Below are positions 1 through 7,696 of a stretch of DNA of 23,841 nt, piece after piece (position 1 is the first letter of the stretch; each line of letters starts with the position of its first letter). A program made the position numbers and the translations under genes. The stretch is from an uncultured Candidatus Saccharibacteria bacterium (GTDB lineage Bacteria; Patescibacteriota; Minisyncoccia; Phycocordibacterales; CALRHW01): positions 1 through 23,841 of the forward strand of contig CAYOFR010000024.1 in assembly GCA_964403475.1 (NCBI GenBank). The letters run 5' to 3'. The notes under the pieces are model-generated. The model was not told the origin of the DNA. It worked only from the letters and a program-made list of their open reading frames with translations, and searched no databases.

Positions 1-1823
1 GAAGCAGCTATCTTGTATGCAATTTCAGATGAGTCCACATCGTGGTAAGAACCGAATGTAAGTTCACAAGAAATATTTACCATTTTGTATCCAGCGACTA
101 TTCCTCTGTCCATAGCTTCTTTTACACCCTTTTCTACAGCAGGGATAAATTCTTGTGGAATCACACCTCCCTTAATAGAATCTATAAACTCAAACTCATC
201 ATATCGCTTTACGTTCTTAGGCACTTTCTCCCCTTCTGCAACCTTTTCCATAGGCTTGATGTTGATCTTTACGTGACCGTATTGACCTTTTCCTCCAGAC
301 TGCTTGATGTACTTGTGTTCTGCCTCGGCTGTACCTGTAATAGTTTCTTTGTATGACACTTGAGGTTTACCAACGTTTGCTTCTACAGAAAACTCTCTTT
401 TCATACGATCAACCATGATTTCTAGGTGCAACTCTCCCATTCCTGAGATGATAGTTTCTCCAGTGTCAGCATTTGAACTGATCTTAAATGTTGGATCTTC
501 GTCAGAAAGTTTCTTTAGAGCCATACCCATTTTTTCTTGATCAGCTTTTGTCTTTGGTTCAATACGCAAAGAAACCACTGGCTCAACGAATTTAATAGGA
601 TCTAGAACGATAGGATTATTTTCGTCACAGAAAGTATGAGATGTTTTTGCTGTTTTTATACCCACAGCAGCAGCGATTTCTCCAGCAAACACTTTCTTTA
701 CCTCTTCACGCTTATCAGCTTGAAGTCGCACGATACGGCCAAGTCGCTCTTTTTCACCTGTTGTTGAATTGTAAATATATGTTCCAGCTTCTATTGTTCC
801 AGAGTAAACACGGAAGAAAGTAAGCTGACCTACGAAAGGATCGTTTTGAAGTTTGAAAGCAAGAGCTGCAAATGGCTCTGAATCAGAAGGTCCACGCTCT
901 ATTTCATTTCCAGTCTTTGGATCAATTCCCTTTACAGGAGGCATATCTAAAGGAGAAGGAAGGTATCTTACAACGGCATCGAGAACAAGCTGTACTCCCT
1001 TGTTTTTCAAAGCAGAACCAGCGTAAACAGGAATCAACTTTACAGCTAGAGTAGCTTTTCTTAGGGCAGAGTGAAGAGCGTCCATTTCTGGCTCTTTTCC
1101 ATCAAGATACATACTCATGAGAGCATCGTCTGTCTCAACGATTTTCTCTATAAGCTCTGCGCGGAATTTTTTCGCTTCTTCTAAGTACTCAGCAGGAATT
1201 TCATCTTCTCGGATAGTGTTACCCATTGTTCCCTCGAAATAAAACGCCTTCATCTTTAGCAAATCAATAACTCCAAGGAAATTTTCTTCAAGACCGATAG
1301 GAATTTGCATTCTAACGGCATTTTTGTTTAGACGATCAATGATAGATTTGTATGATCGTTCAAAGCTTGCACCCATACGATCAAGCTTGTTTATAAAACA
1401 GATTCGAGGCACCTTTCCATCGTCAGCATATCGCCAATTTGTTTCTGATTGAGGTTCTACTCCAGCTACACCGTCGAAAACCACCACAGCACCGTCAAGA
1501 ACACGTAGAGAACGCTTCACCTCAGCGGTAAAGTCAATGTGTCCAGGAGTATCAATGATATTAAAACGATGCTTGAAAGAAGTATCAGCACCCATGAATG
1601 TTGGATTCCAGAAACATGTGATAGCAGCCGCAGTAATAGTAATACCTCGCTCTCGCTCCTGCTCCATCCAGTCAGTAGTGGTGTTTCCTTCATGCACTTC
1701 ACCTATCTTGTGACTTTCTCCTGTGTAATAAAGTACGCGCTCTGATGTGGTCGTCTTTCCCGCGTCGATATGCGCAATGATTCCAAAATTTCTAACTTTC
1801 TCTAATGGGTAGTCTCGATTCAT
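1..1823 (-). CDS. fusA: Elongation factor G, 5' portion. The start codon ATG is the complement of 1821-1823. The gene continues past the window start and its 3' end is not in the window.
   Basis: Manual minus-strand translation from 1823 gives [35 protein letters not shown]...[12 protein letters not shown]...NKLDRMGA..., i.e. the G1-G4 GTPase motifs and EF-G domains II-IV. The gene lies directly downstream of rpsL-rpsG, which is the classic str operon order. It is absent from the ORF track only because there is no stop codon inside the window. Confidence 0.93.
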   Translation of the reverse strand, partial: MNRDYPLEKVRNFGIIAHIDAGKTTTSERVLYYTGESHKIGEVHEGNTTTDWMEQERERGITITAAAITCFWNPTFMGADTSFKHRFNIIDTPGHIDFTAEVKRSLRVLDGAVVVFDGVAGVEPQSETNWRYADDGKVPRICFINKLDRMGASFERSYKSIIDRLNKNAVRMQIPIGLEENFLGVIDLLKMKAFYFEGTMGNTIREDEIPAEYLEEAKKFRAELIEKIVETDDALMSMYLDGKEPEMDALHSALRKATLAVKLIPVYAGSALKNKGVQLVLDAVVRYLPSPLDMPPVKGIDPKTGNEIERGPSDSEPFAALAFKLQNDPFVGQLTFFRVYSGTIEAGTYIYNSTTGEKERLGRIVRLQADKREEVKKVFAGEIAAAVGIKTAKTSHTFCDENNPIVLDPIKFVEPVVSLRIEPKTKADQEKMGMALKKLSDEDPTFKISSNADTGETIISGMGELHLEIMVDRMKREFSVEANVGKPQVSYKETITGTAEAEHKYIKQSGGKGQYGHVKINIKPMEKVAEGEKVPKNVKRYDEFEFIDSIKGGVIPQEFIPAVEKGVKEAMDRGIVAGYKMVNISCELTFGSYHDVDSSEIAYKIAA

Positions 1824-1860
1824 AAAATATTATTTTTTAATAATTATATTTAAAATTTAA

Positions 1861-1959
1861 GTTAAAACATAATTTGCGGAGACTTGCGAGCGTGTCGACG
1901 CGAGCACGAGGAATTTTTTAGCAAAAAAATATCCGTGCTCCGTAAATTATGTTTTAACG
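1861..1959. repeat. Nested inverted-repeat / quasi-palindromic element in the rpsG-fusA spacer. The 21-bp arms are 1861-1881 and 1938-1958, with one mismatch. They enclose a GC-rich core.
   Basis: Left arm gttaaaacataatttgcggag, right arm ctccgtaaattatgttttaac. The 56-nt interior contains gcgagc...gtcgac...gcgagc and a T6-agc-A6 mini-hairpin. The interior is GC-rich while the spacer around it is AT-rich. Confidence 0.6.
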
Positions 1960-1963
1960 GAAA

Positions 1964-2434
1964 TTACCAAGCAAAGTGAGCAAAAGCCTTGTTTGCTTCA
2001 GCCATTTTGTGGGTATTTTCTCGTTTCTTCACAGCCTCACCTTCGTTCTTGCTTGCTGAGATTATTTCATCAGCCAATCTGATGTGCATAGGAGAGCCCT
2101 TTTTTGCACGTGCAGCTTCGATAATCCATTTCATAGACAAAGCAAGCTTTCTTTCTGGTCTTACTTCTCGAGGAATTTGGTAGTTGGCACCTCCCACTCG
2201 GCGAGATCGCACCTCCATCAAAGGACCAGTATTTTTCAAAGCCATATCAAGAACCTCAATAGGATCTTCTGTCTTTTGCTTCTCTTTTATTTCATTTAAA
2301 GCACCATAAACTATCTTTTGAGCAGTTTGTTTCTTTCCACTCTCCATTACATAGTTGATAAGCTTACCTATCTTTACTGAATCGTATGTAAAGTCTGGAC
2401 CTACTATATTTCTATTTTTTACTTTTCTTCGCAT
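1964..2434 (-). CDS. rpsG: 30S ribosomal protein S7
   Basis: 156 aa: MRRKVKNRNIVGPDFTYDSVKIGKLINYVMESGKKQTAQKIVYGA...ANKAFAHFAW. This is the canonical S7 family sequence, and the gene sits between rpsL and fusA. Confidence 0.95.
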   Translation of the reverse strand: MRRKVKNRNIVGPDFTYDSVKIGKLINYVMESGKKQTAQKIVYGALNEIKEKQKTEDPIEVLDMALKNTGPLMEVRSRRVGGANYQIPREVRPERKLALSMKWIIEAARAKKGSPMHIRLADEIISASKNEGEAVKKRENTHKMAEANKAFAHFAW

Positions 2435-2453
2435 GGGAAAATTTCAGTTTATT

Positions 2454-2864
2454 TTATTTCTTTGGTTTTTTAGCTCCGTACACAGATCGACTTGTCATTC
2501 TGTCTGCAACGCCAGTAGCATCAAGTACTCCACGTACAATAGTGTATCTTAGACCTACGTCCTTTACACGTCCACCTCTTATCATCACCACTGAATGCTC
2601 TTGTAGGTTGTGACCTATACCTGGGATGTATGCTGTGACTTCCATACCGTTTGTAAGGCGAACACGAGCGATCTTTCGGATAGCTGAGTTTGGCTTTTTA
2701 GGAGTCTTTGTTGTTACTTTTGTACATACACCTCTCTTGAAAGGAGCTGGATAGTATACTGGTCGGTTTTTAATAACGTTAAAACCACGAGAAAGAGCTG
2801 CGGCTTTTGATTTCCTTTTGTTTTTGTTTCTTTTTCTTTTTACAAGCTGATTTATGGTTGACAT
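2454..2864 (-). CDS. rpsL: 30S ribosomal protein S12. It has an insertion of about 10 aa in the N-terminal region relative to E. coli S12.
   Basis: 136 aa: ...[70 protein letters not shown]... This is a near-universal S12 core and includes the RGGRVKD motif. Confidence 0.95.
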   Translation of the reverse strand: MSTINQLVKRKRNKNKRKSKAAALSRGFNVIKNRPVYYPAPFKRGVCTKVTTKTPKKPNSAIRKIARVRLTNGMEVTAYIPGIGHNLQEHSVVMIRGGRVKDVGLRYTIVRGVLDATGVADRMTSRSVYGAKKPKK

Positions 2865-2875
2865 ATATAAATTAA

Positions 2876-2893
2876 AAACCGCCTAGCGGAATA
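2876..2893 (-). terminator. Small hairpin, ccgc-cta-gcgg followed by a T5 run on the minus strand. It lies between the M50 stop codon and the rpsL start codon. It is either a weak intrinsic terminator or a structure in the rpsL leader.
   Basis: The minus-strand read is tattCCGCtagGCGGtttttaatttatatATG. The 4-bp GC stem is short, hence the low confidence. Confidence 0.3.
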
Positions 2894-2936
2894 CCACACA
2901 CTTTAATATGTAACCATAAAAAATGCAAGCACCCAT

Positions 2937-3596
2937 CTATATCCTAAACCCCGTAATAAGTGAAAAGAAGAAAGTTGTAATAGGATTCAAAAAACCCGAT
3001 AGAAAAAATATAAACACCAGAACTATAATAAAACCATAAGATTCAAAAGCTCCTCTAAAGCGCTGAAGGTGATACGGTAACAATGCAAACAATATTTTTG
3101 AGCCGTCTAAAGGCGGAATTGGTACTAAATTAAAGATAGCCAACATTAAATTCAATAATACGAGTACAGCAGATATAGATATAAATTCTGACGATAATAG
3201 ACCGGCACCACCAGCAAATCTAATAATTAACCCAAAGACCAAAGCAATAGCAATGTTTGAAGCGGGTCCAGCTATCGCCACTATCGCCTCTCCCCATTTT
3301 TGATTTCTTAAATTATAAGGATTAAAAGGCACTGGCTTTGCCCAACCAAATAAAAACTTTGAACCAGTTATAACCAAAAACACTGGAATGATTATGGAGC
3401 CCCACAAATCTAAATGTTTTAATGGATTTAAGGTAAGCCTTCCTTGATGTTTAGCGGTAGGATCACCCAATAAATAAGCAGCATATCCGTGAGAGACCTC
3501 ATGAACCACAACCGACATTACTAGGAGTGCGATTTGAAAAATTGTTTCCATATACTTGCTAAATATAAAACATATGATAGCATACAGAACATTCAT
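2937..3596 (-). CDS. Peptidase M50 (site-2 protease family) integral membrane zinc metalloprotease. An alternative start at the internal ATG ending at 3551 (METIFQ...) is perhaps more likely, because rpmB starts only 8 bp beyond 3596.
   Basis: HEVSHG (HExxH) in a hydrophobic helix, then ...RLTLNPLKHLD..., a later LDG motif, and multiple TM segments. This is the typical M50B layout. Confidence 0.72.
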   Translation of the reverse strand: MNVLYAIICFIFSKYMETIFQIALLVMSVVVHEVSHGYAAYLLGDPTAKHQGRLTLNPLKHLDLWGSIIIPVFLVITGSKFLFGWAKPVPFNPYNLRNQKWGEAIVAIAGPASNIAIALVFGLIIRFAGGAGLLSSEFISISAVLVLLNLMLAIFNLVPIPPLDGSKILFALLPYHLQRFRGAFESYGFIIVLVFIFFLSGFLNPITTFFFSLITGFRI

Positions 3597-3604
3597 TTAA
3601 AAAC

Positions 3605-3847
3605 ATGGCTAATACATGCGAAGTTACAAAAAGAGGCTCAATTGTTGGCGGTGGCTATAGCAACCGTACTCGTGCTACACAATTCAATCCAACAGGAAAA
3701 GTCCGAAAATATCTAAATCTTCAAAAGAAGAAAATCTACGTGCCTGAATTAAAAAAGTACGTAAACTTAACATTGTCTACAAGAGCAATAAAGACAATAA
3801 ACAAAAACGGAGCTTTCGCAACACTAAAAAAAGCGGGGCTTATCTAA
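3605..3847 (+). CDS. rpmB: 50S ribosomal protein L28 (bL28)
   Basis: 80 aa: MANTCEVTKRGSIVGGGYSNRTRATQFNPTGKVRKY...NLTLSTRAIKTINKNG... This matches the L28 pattern C.VTGK..(x)G...S...R.F.PN...VTLRVSAKGMR.I.K.G. A clean intrinsic terminator follows. Confidence 0.62.
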   Translation: MANTCEVTKRGSIVGGGYSNRTRATQFNPTGKVRKYLNLQKKKIYVPELKKYVNLTLSTRAIKTINKNGAFATLKKAGLI

Positions 3848-3867
3848 ATTTTATAAAAACTTTCCAA

Positions 3868-3892
3868 AATTCCGCCTTCTGGCGGTTTTTTG
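3868..3892 (+). terminator. Rho-independent terminator of rpmB. The stem is ccgcc/ggcgg, the loop is ttct, and a T6 run follows.
   Basis: ccgcc at 3872-3876, ggcgg at 3881-3885, tttttt at 3886-3891. Confidence 0.8.
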
Positions 3893-3919
3893 TTGTAAAT
3901 AAATTTAGATTCATCACTC

Positions 3920-3947
3920 TTGACTTATCTTATAAACACTGTATTGT
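3920..3947 (+). promoter_or_regulatory. Candidate sigma70-type promoter. The -35 element is TTGACT, followed by a spacer of 16-17 bp and a -10 element TATTGT.
   Basis: TTGACT is at 3920-3925 and tattgt at 3942-3947. The site is downstream of the rpmB terminator and about 70 bp upstream of the GC-rich gene. Confidence 0.4.
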
Positions 3948-3965
3948 GTCGAAAGATTTGAATAG

Positions 3966-3986
3966 ACGCCAACGTGGCGTTTTTTC
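3966..3986 (+). promoter_or_regulatory. Terminator-like hairpin (acgcca-acg-tggcgt plus a T6 run) placed between the candidate promoter and the RBS of the flotillin-like gene. It is either a leader attenuator or a second tandem terminator for rpmB.
   Basis: A 6-bp stem at 3966-3971 and 3975-3980, a T-run at 3981-3986, then caaaaacAGGAGActtcttaATG. Confidence 0.5.
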
Positions 3987-4016
3987 AGTCCTTTCACAAA
4001 AACAGGAGACTTCTTA

Positions 4017-6074
4017 ATGACGCTGTCCTCTACACTGGAATGGCTAAGCCACAATTGGTTGTGGGTGATCATTCCCATCCTTTTGATCGTCTTTTTCAAG
4101 ATTTGGGTGCGCTTCTTTGGCGTAGTACTGATCCCAAACGATTCCATCGGCATCGTCACCAAGCGATGGGTGCTCATGGGCAACAACCGACGCTTGCCCG
4201 ACGGCAAGATCATCGCTCTCAATGGAGAAGCCGGCGTCCAAGCAGACACGCTTGCACCCGGACTGCACTTTGGCTATTGGCCTTGGCAGTACTCGATTGA
4301 CACAGAAGAGTTCGTGGTCATTGAGGAAGACAAGATTGGTGTCGTTGAGTCGCGAGACGGAAAGCCCCTTGAGGCTGGACGTGTTCTCGCCAAGAAGGTC
4401 GCTTGCGACTCATTCCAAGATGCCAGAGCATTCCTTATTGGTGGTGGTGAGCGTGGTCCTCAAATCACGATTATCCCACCAGGTACGTACCGAATCAACA
4501 CCCAGCTCTTCACAGTAAGTGAGGTGCCTGTCCTCGAAATCGCGGACAACAAGATCGGCATCGTCACCACCAAGGAAGGTGCGCCGCTCCCATCAGGAGA
4601 AATTGCAGGCAAGGTCATCGAAGGACACAACATGTTCTGCGATGCCCAAGTCTTCATTGATGGCGGTGGTACCAAGGGTTTGCAAGAGCAAGTGATGCTT
4701 GCTGGTCGGTACTTCCTCAATCCCAATTTCGCAACCGTGGAAATTACGGAGATGACTGTGGTGCCGATTGCACACGTGGGTGTCGTTATCGCCTACGTGG
4801 GTGCGGCTGGAACAGACCTTTCTGGTGCTGCTTTCCAACACGGCAACTTGGTGGCACAGGGAGAAAAGGGTGTTTGGGCTAAGCCCTTTGATCCGGGCAA
4901 GTACCCGATCAACACCATGACTCACAAGGTAGAAAATGTGCCGACAGCCAACGTCGTGCTCAACTGGGCAACCGGTAAGACCGAGTCCCACAAGCTAGAC
5001 GAGAAGCTGTCCACTATCACAGTCCGGTCTTCAGACGGCTTTTCGTTCAATCTGGACGTTAGCCAGATCATCCACATTCCAAGCAACGATGCCTCCAAGG
5101 TTATCGCTCGCTTCGGAAGCGTGGCGAATCTGGTGACACAGGTCCTTGAGCCCACCATTGGCAACTATTTCCGCAATGCGGCTCAAAGCTCTGACGTCAT
5201 TGAGTTCCTCAAGAATCGTCAGGCTCGTCAGAACTCAGCGAAGGAAGCAATTGCTGAAGCTCTCAGGGAGTACAACGTCGTCGCCGTGAATACTTTGATC
5301 GGCGACATCGCTCCTCCTACAGAGCTAATGAAGACTTTGACTGATCGCAAGATTGCTGAACAGCAGAAGCTGACATTTGAAACTCAGCGAACAGCAGAAG
5401 AAACTCGAAAGTCACTCGAGCAGGCCAAGGCGCAAGCCGCTACACAGGCGGGCGTCGTGACTGCAGAGCGATCTGTCGAGATTGCAAAGTTCACCGCTGC
5501 GGCTGCTGTTGAAACAGCCGAGGGTGAAGCCAAGTCCAAGACCATCAATGCCAAAGCTGATGCTGAGGTGACGACGGTGACTGGCACTGCCCTGGCTACC
5601 AAGACGGCGGCAGTCGGTACTGCAGAAGCAACAGTCATTCGTTTGAAGACTGAGGCTGTCGGCCAAGACAACTTTGCTTTGATCGAGGTCGGTGGTGCAC
5701 TTGCCAAGAGCGGTCAGCGACTCACGCCAGACTTTGTTGTTGGCGCGAGCACTGGTCCCGACGGCAAGGGTGGCACTCTCGTTGATGTGTTGCTTGCTGG
5801 TCTCGTTCGCGAAAGCGTGAAGAAGGATGGTCACACTGTCCTTCCCAAGCCCACAACGACCGAACCCGCAGGAAGCACTGACGCTGATACTGCCACTGGA
5901 GCCACTCCGGCCCCAGCTCTGACGGCTCCAACACCGGAAACAGGAAGTCCTGCTCCGGCAAGTGGTACTGGTGACAAATCGGAGATCAAGTTGCAAAGTG
6001 ACGACTCTGCCCAAACGGGTAGCAAGAAGCCTGACAACAAGAAGGATCCGAAGAATCCAGGCAACAACAAGTAG
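4017..6074 (+). CDS. Flotillin-like SPFH/band-7 family membrane protein (YqiK/FloT-like). It has an N-terminal TM helix, two duplicated roughly 70-aa beta-rich modules, an SPFH domain, a long Ala/Glu/Gln-rich coiled-coil, and a Pro/Thr/Ala-rich C-terminal tail ending in a Lys/Asn-rich segment. The coding sequence is GC-rich (about 52-58 %), unlike the rest of the window.
   Basis: 685 aa. The TM helix is WLWVIIPILLIVFFKIWVRFF. The duplicated segments are DKIGVVESRDGKPLEAGRV...FLIGGGERGPQ and DNKIGIVTTKEGAPLPSGEI...FIDGGGTKGLQ. The SPFH-like stretch is ITVRSSDGFSFNLDVSQIIHI...VIARFGSVANLVTQVLEPTIGNYFRNAA, followed by the coiled-coil KIAEQQKLTFETQRTAEETRKSLEQAKAQAATQ.... Codons are GC3-rich (GGC, GCC, ATC, CTC, AAG) against an AAA/GAA/ATT-dominated background. 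Confidence 0.85.
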   Translation: MTLSSTLEWLSHNWLWVIIPILLIVFFKIWVRFFGVVLIPNDSIGIVTKRWVLMGNNRRLPDGKIIALNGEAGVQADTLAPGLHFGYWPWQYSIDTEEFVVIEEDKIGVVESRDGKPLEAGRVLAKKVACDSFQDARAFLIGGGERGPQITIIPPGTYRINTQLFTVSEVPVLEIADNKIGIVTTKEGAPLPSGEIAGKVIEGHNMFCDAQVFIDGGGTKGLQEQVMLAGRYFLNPNFATVEITEMTVVPIAHVGVVIAYVGAAGTDLSGAAFQHGNLVAQGEKGVWAKPFDPGKYPINTMTHKVENVPTANVVLNWATGKTESHKLDEKLSTITVRSSDGFSFNLDVSQIIHIPSNDASKVIARFGSVANLVTQVLEPTIGNYFRNAAQSSDVIEFLKNRQARQNSAKEAIAEALREYNVVAVNTLIGDIAPPTELMKTLTDRKIAEQQKLTFETQRTAEETRKSLEQAKAQAATQAGVVTAERSVEIAKFTAAAAVETAEGEAKSKTINAKADAEVTTVTGTALATKTAAVGTAEATVIRLKTEAVGQDNFALIEVGGALAKSGQRLTPDFVVGASTGPDGKGGTLVDVLLAGLVRESVKKDGHTVLPKPTTTEPAGSTDADTATGATPAPALTAPTPETGSPAPASGTGDKSEIKLQSDDSAQTGSKKPDNKKDPKNPGNNK

Positions 6075-6100
6075 TGAAGTTCTTTTCGCACATTTAACCC

Positions 6101-6142
6101 ACAGGGTTCCTAGTCAAGTGACTGGGAACCCTGTTTTCATTT
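6101..6142 (+). terminator. Intrinsic terminator after the flotillin-like gene. A 10-bp stem acagggttcc/ggaaccctgt flanks a 14-nt loop and is followed by tttcattt. It abuts the stop of the convergent MBL gene.
   Basis: The stem halves are at 6101-6110 and 6125-6134. The U-rich tract is on the plus strand only. Confidence 0.6.
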
Positions 6143-7039
6143 CCTCAACCACCTCTCCCCATTTGATTCAAATACAATAGTTCCCTGCTCGTACGTGCCA
6201 AGAATCGGAATTTTATTTTGCGTCAGGCGGTCGGTAACTTCGGGGCTCGGATGTCCATAAGAATTATTTTTTCCAGCAGAAATAACTGCGTACTTAGGTA
6301 AAACTTTTTGCAAAAAATCCTGACTTGTAGAAGTCTTTGACCCATGATGCCCCACTTTTAAAATATCGCTATTCAAGTGAGCCGTACTAGTAGATGACAG
6401 ACCACTCTCCAATTCAACCAAATATTTTTCTGTTTTTTCTGGAGCGTCACCAGTGAGCATTATAGATGTGTTTTTATACACCAACTTCGCGACTATCGAG
6501 CCGTCATTTGTAGAAAAAGTCGATACGTCTTTGTCAGGAAAAAGTATGAATAGATGCACGTCAGTATCAAGTAAAAAATCCATACCGCGGCGAGCTATTA
6601 CTTTTTTCGCATTTACACCTTTTATATCTTTTTCCAAATCAATAGCTTTTTCTAAATTTTTATAGACCTGTGTTTGCGTGACTGTCCCCGGCTCGACCAC
6701 CAAACCAACATCAAACTTTTTTAAAACACTAAGAAAACCTTCTATATGATCCCTGTCAGGATTTGTTACGACAATCATGTCTATTGAATCATCAAAAAAA
6801 GACATCCGCTTTGATAATTCACCAATGACATTATTACCAGGCCCACCATCTACAAGAATCTGATTTCCGTTGGGTGTTTCAATAAAAATAGCGTCACCTT
6901 GTCCAATATTTAAAAAAGCAACCTCAAGCAAACCACTGCCTTTGCTAGAAAAGATAAAAACCTGATACCAGACAAGCATTGAAGTAATAAAGAAAAATGT
7001 TATTAGCGAAAGTCGTGGGTATTTAAGTAAGTTTTTCAT
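6137..7039 (-). CDS. Membrane-anchored MBL-fold metallo-hydrolase, ComEC/Rec2 C-terminal-domain-like. It is a standalone gene.
   Basis: 300 aa. The N-terminal TM helix is LSLITFFFITSMLVWYQVFIF. The protein then has LNIGQGDAIFIETPNGNQILVDGGP...TNPDRDHIEG...KVGHHGSKTS...YGHPSPEV, which is the ComEC-type metallo-beta-lactamase signature. Confidence 0.78.
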   Translation of the reverse strand: MKNLLKYPRLSLITFFFITSMLVWYQVFIFSSKGSGLLEVAFLNIGQGDAIFIETPNGNQILVDGGPGNNVIGELSKRMSFFDDSIDMIVVTNPDRDHIEGFLSVLKKFDVGLVVEPGTVTQTQVYKNLEKAIDLEKDIKGVNAKKVIARRGMDFLLDTDVHLFILFPDKDVSTFSTNDGSIVAKLVYKNTSIMLTGDAPEKTEKYLVELESGLSSTSTAHLNSDILKVGHHGSKTSTSQDFLQKVLPKYAVISAGKNNSYGHPSPEVTDRLTQNKIPILGTYEQGTIVFESNGERWLRK

Positions 7040-7070
7040 GGTAATAGTGATTTTGAGAACATGACCTTAA

Positions 7071-7085
7071 ATCAAATAATTTGAT
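7071..7085. promoter_or_regulatory. Perfect 7-1-7 palindrome ATCAAAT-A-ATTTGAT in the divergent spacer. It lies 12 bp upstream of the SOD ATG and inside the spacer of a putative -35 (ATGACC, 7061-7066) / -10 (TATGAT, 7085-7090) promoter. This is a candidate repressor operator. The -10 position suggests a leaderless mRNA.
   Basis: Read directly from the sequence at 7061-7099: atgaccttaaATCAAATAATTTGATatgataaacacATG. Confidence 0.4.
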
Positions 7086-7096
7086 ATGATAAACAC

Positions 7097-7696
7097 ATGA
7101 AACCATACACAGAACAAAAATTTAATATCGGTGAGCTTGAAGGTATTTCTAAAAAAAATATTGAGGAACACTTCAAGCTCTACGCGGGATATGTCAAAAA
7201 TACAAATTTGATAATGGAAAAAATGGCTGAGCTTCGAGCAGACAGCGAAAAAAATGCTTACATGATCGGTGAGCTTCAAAGACGTTTTGGTTTTGAATTT
7301 GATGGAATGAGTAACCATGAATATTATTTTAAAAGCTTAGAAGGCGGACACTCAGATCTCAGCGCAGGCGACCTAAAGAGTATGATTGAGTCCCAGTTTG
7401 GTAGCTTTGATACTTGGCTTGCTACATTTACAGCCATGGCAATGACTCGAGGAGTGGGATGGGCAATGCTTTACTACGATCATCATGCAGGACAGCTCGT
7501 ACACGCTTGGGTAGAAGAGCAACATCTCGGACATCTCACCGGTCTACAGCCAGTCCTCGCTCTCGATATTTGGGAGCATGCATATGTATATGACTATGCA
7601 ACATCTGAAAAGAAAAAATACATCGAAGCTTTTTTCAAAAATCTAAACTGGAGCGTAATAGAGAAAAATTTTATGGAGGCAAAGAAGCTTGTTTAA
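7097..7696 (+). CDS. Fe/Mn-family superoxide dismutase
   Basis: 199 aa with GGH, GWAML, ALDIWEHAYVYDY (D-x-W-E-H ligand motif) and an N-terminal LEG.S....EEHFK..AGYVKNTN region. The second-sphere residues equivalent to E. coli MnSOD His30/His31 are Leu/Tyr here. Confidence 0.85.
   Translation: MKPYTEQKFNIGELEGISKKNIEEHFKLYAGYVKNTNLIMEKMAELRADSEKNAYMIGELQRRFGFEFDGMSNHEYYFKSLEGGHSDLSAGDLKSMIESQFGSFDTWLATFTAMAMTRGVGWAMLYYDHHAGQLVHAWVEEQHLGHLTGLQPVLALDIWEHAYVYDYATSEKKKYIEAFFKNLNWSVIEKNFMEAKKLV

Noticed and set aside
42-1745. Short plus-strand and minus-strand ORFs from the track within 1-1823 (42-356, 85-276, 641-823, 872-1054, 1517-1702, 1539-1745)
   Set aside because: All lie inside the minus-strand EF-G reading frame. 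That frame translates cleanly across the whole interval with every GTPase motif. The track omits it only because its stop codon lies outside the window.
4044-6091. Several long antisense or alternative-frame ORFs inside the flotillin-like gene (e.g. 5412-6014 minus 200 aa, 4593-4991 minus 132 aa, 3974-4300 plus 108 aa, 5831-6091 minus 86 aa)
   Set aside because: These are stop-codon-poor shadow ORFs, as expected in any GC-rich coding region. Their translations are low-complexity (Ser/Arg/Cys/Gly-rich) with no recognisable motifs, and they sit entirely within a well-supported SPFH gene.
7097-7300. Possible loss of catalytic histidines in the SOD N-terminal motif (canonical HHxKHHxxY reads EEHFKLYAGY here)
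   Set aside because: With a one-residue gap, the metal-ligand His (E. coli His26 equivalent) and Tyr34 align and are present. Only the second-sphere His30/His31 are replaced. The other three ligands (GGH, D-x-W-E-H) are intact, so the enzyme is probably active.
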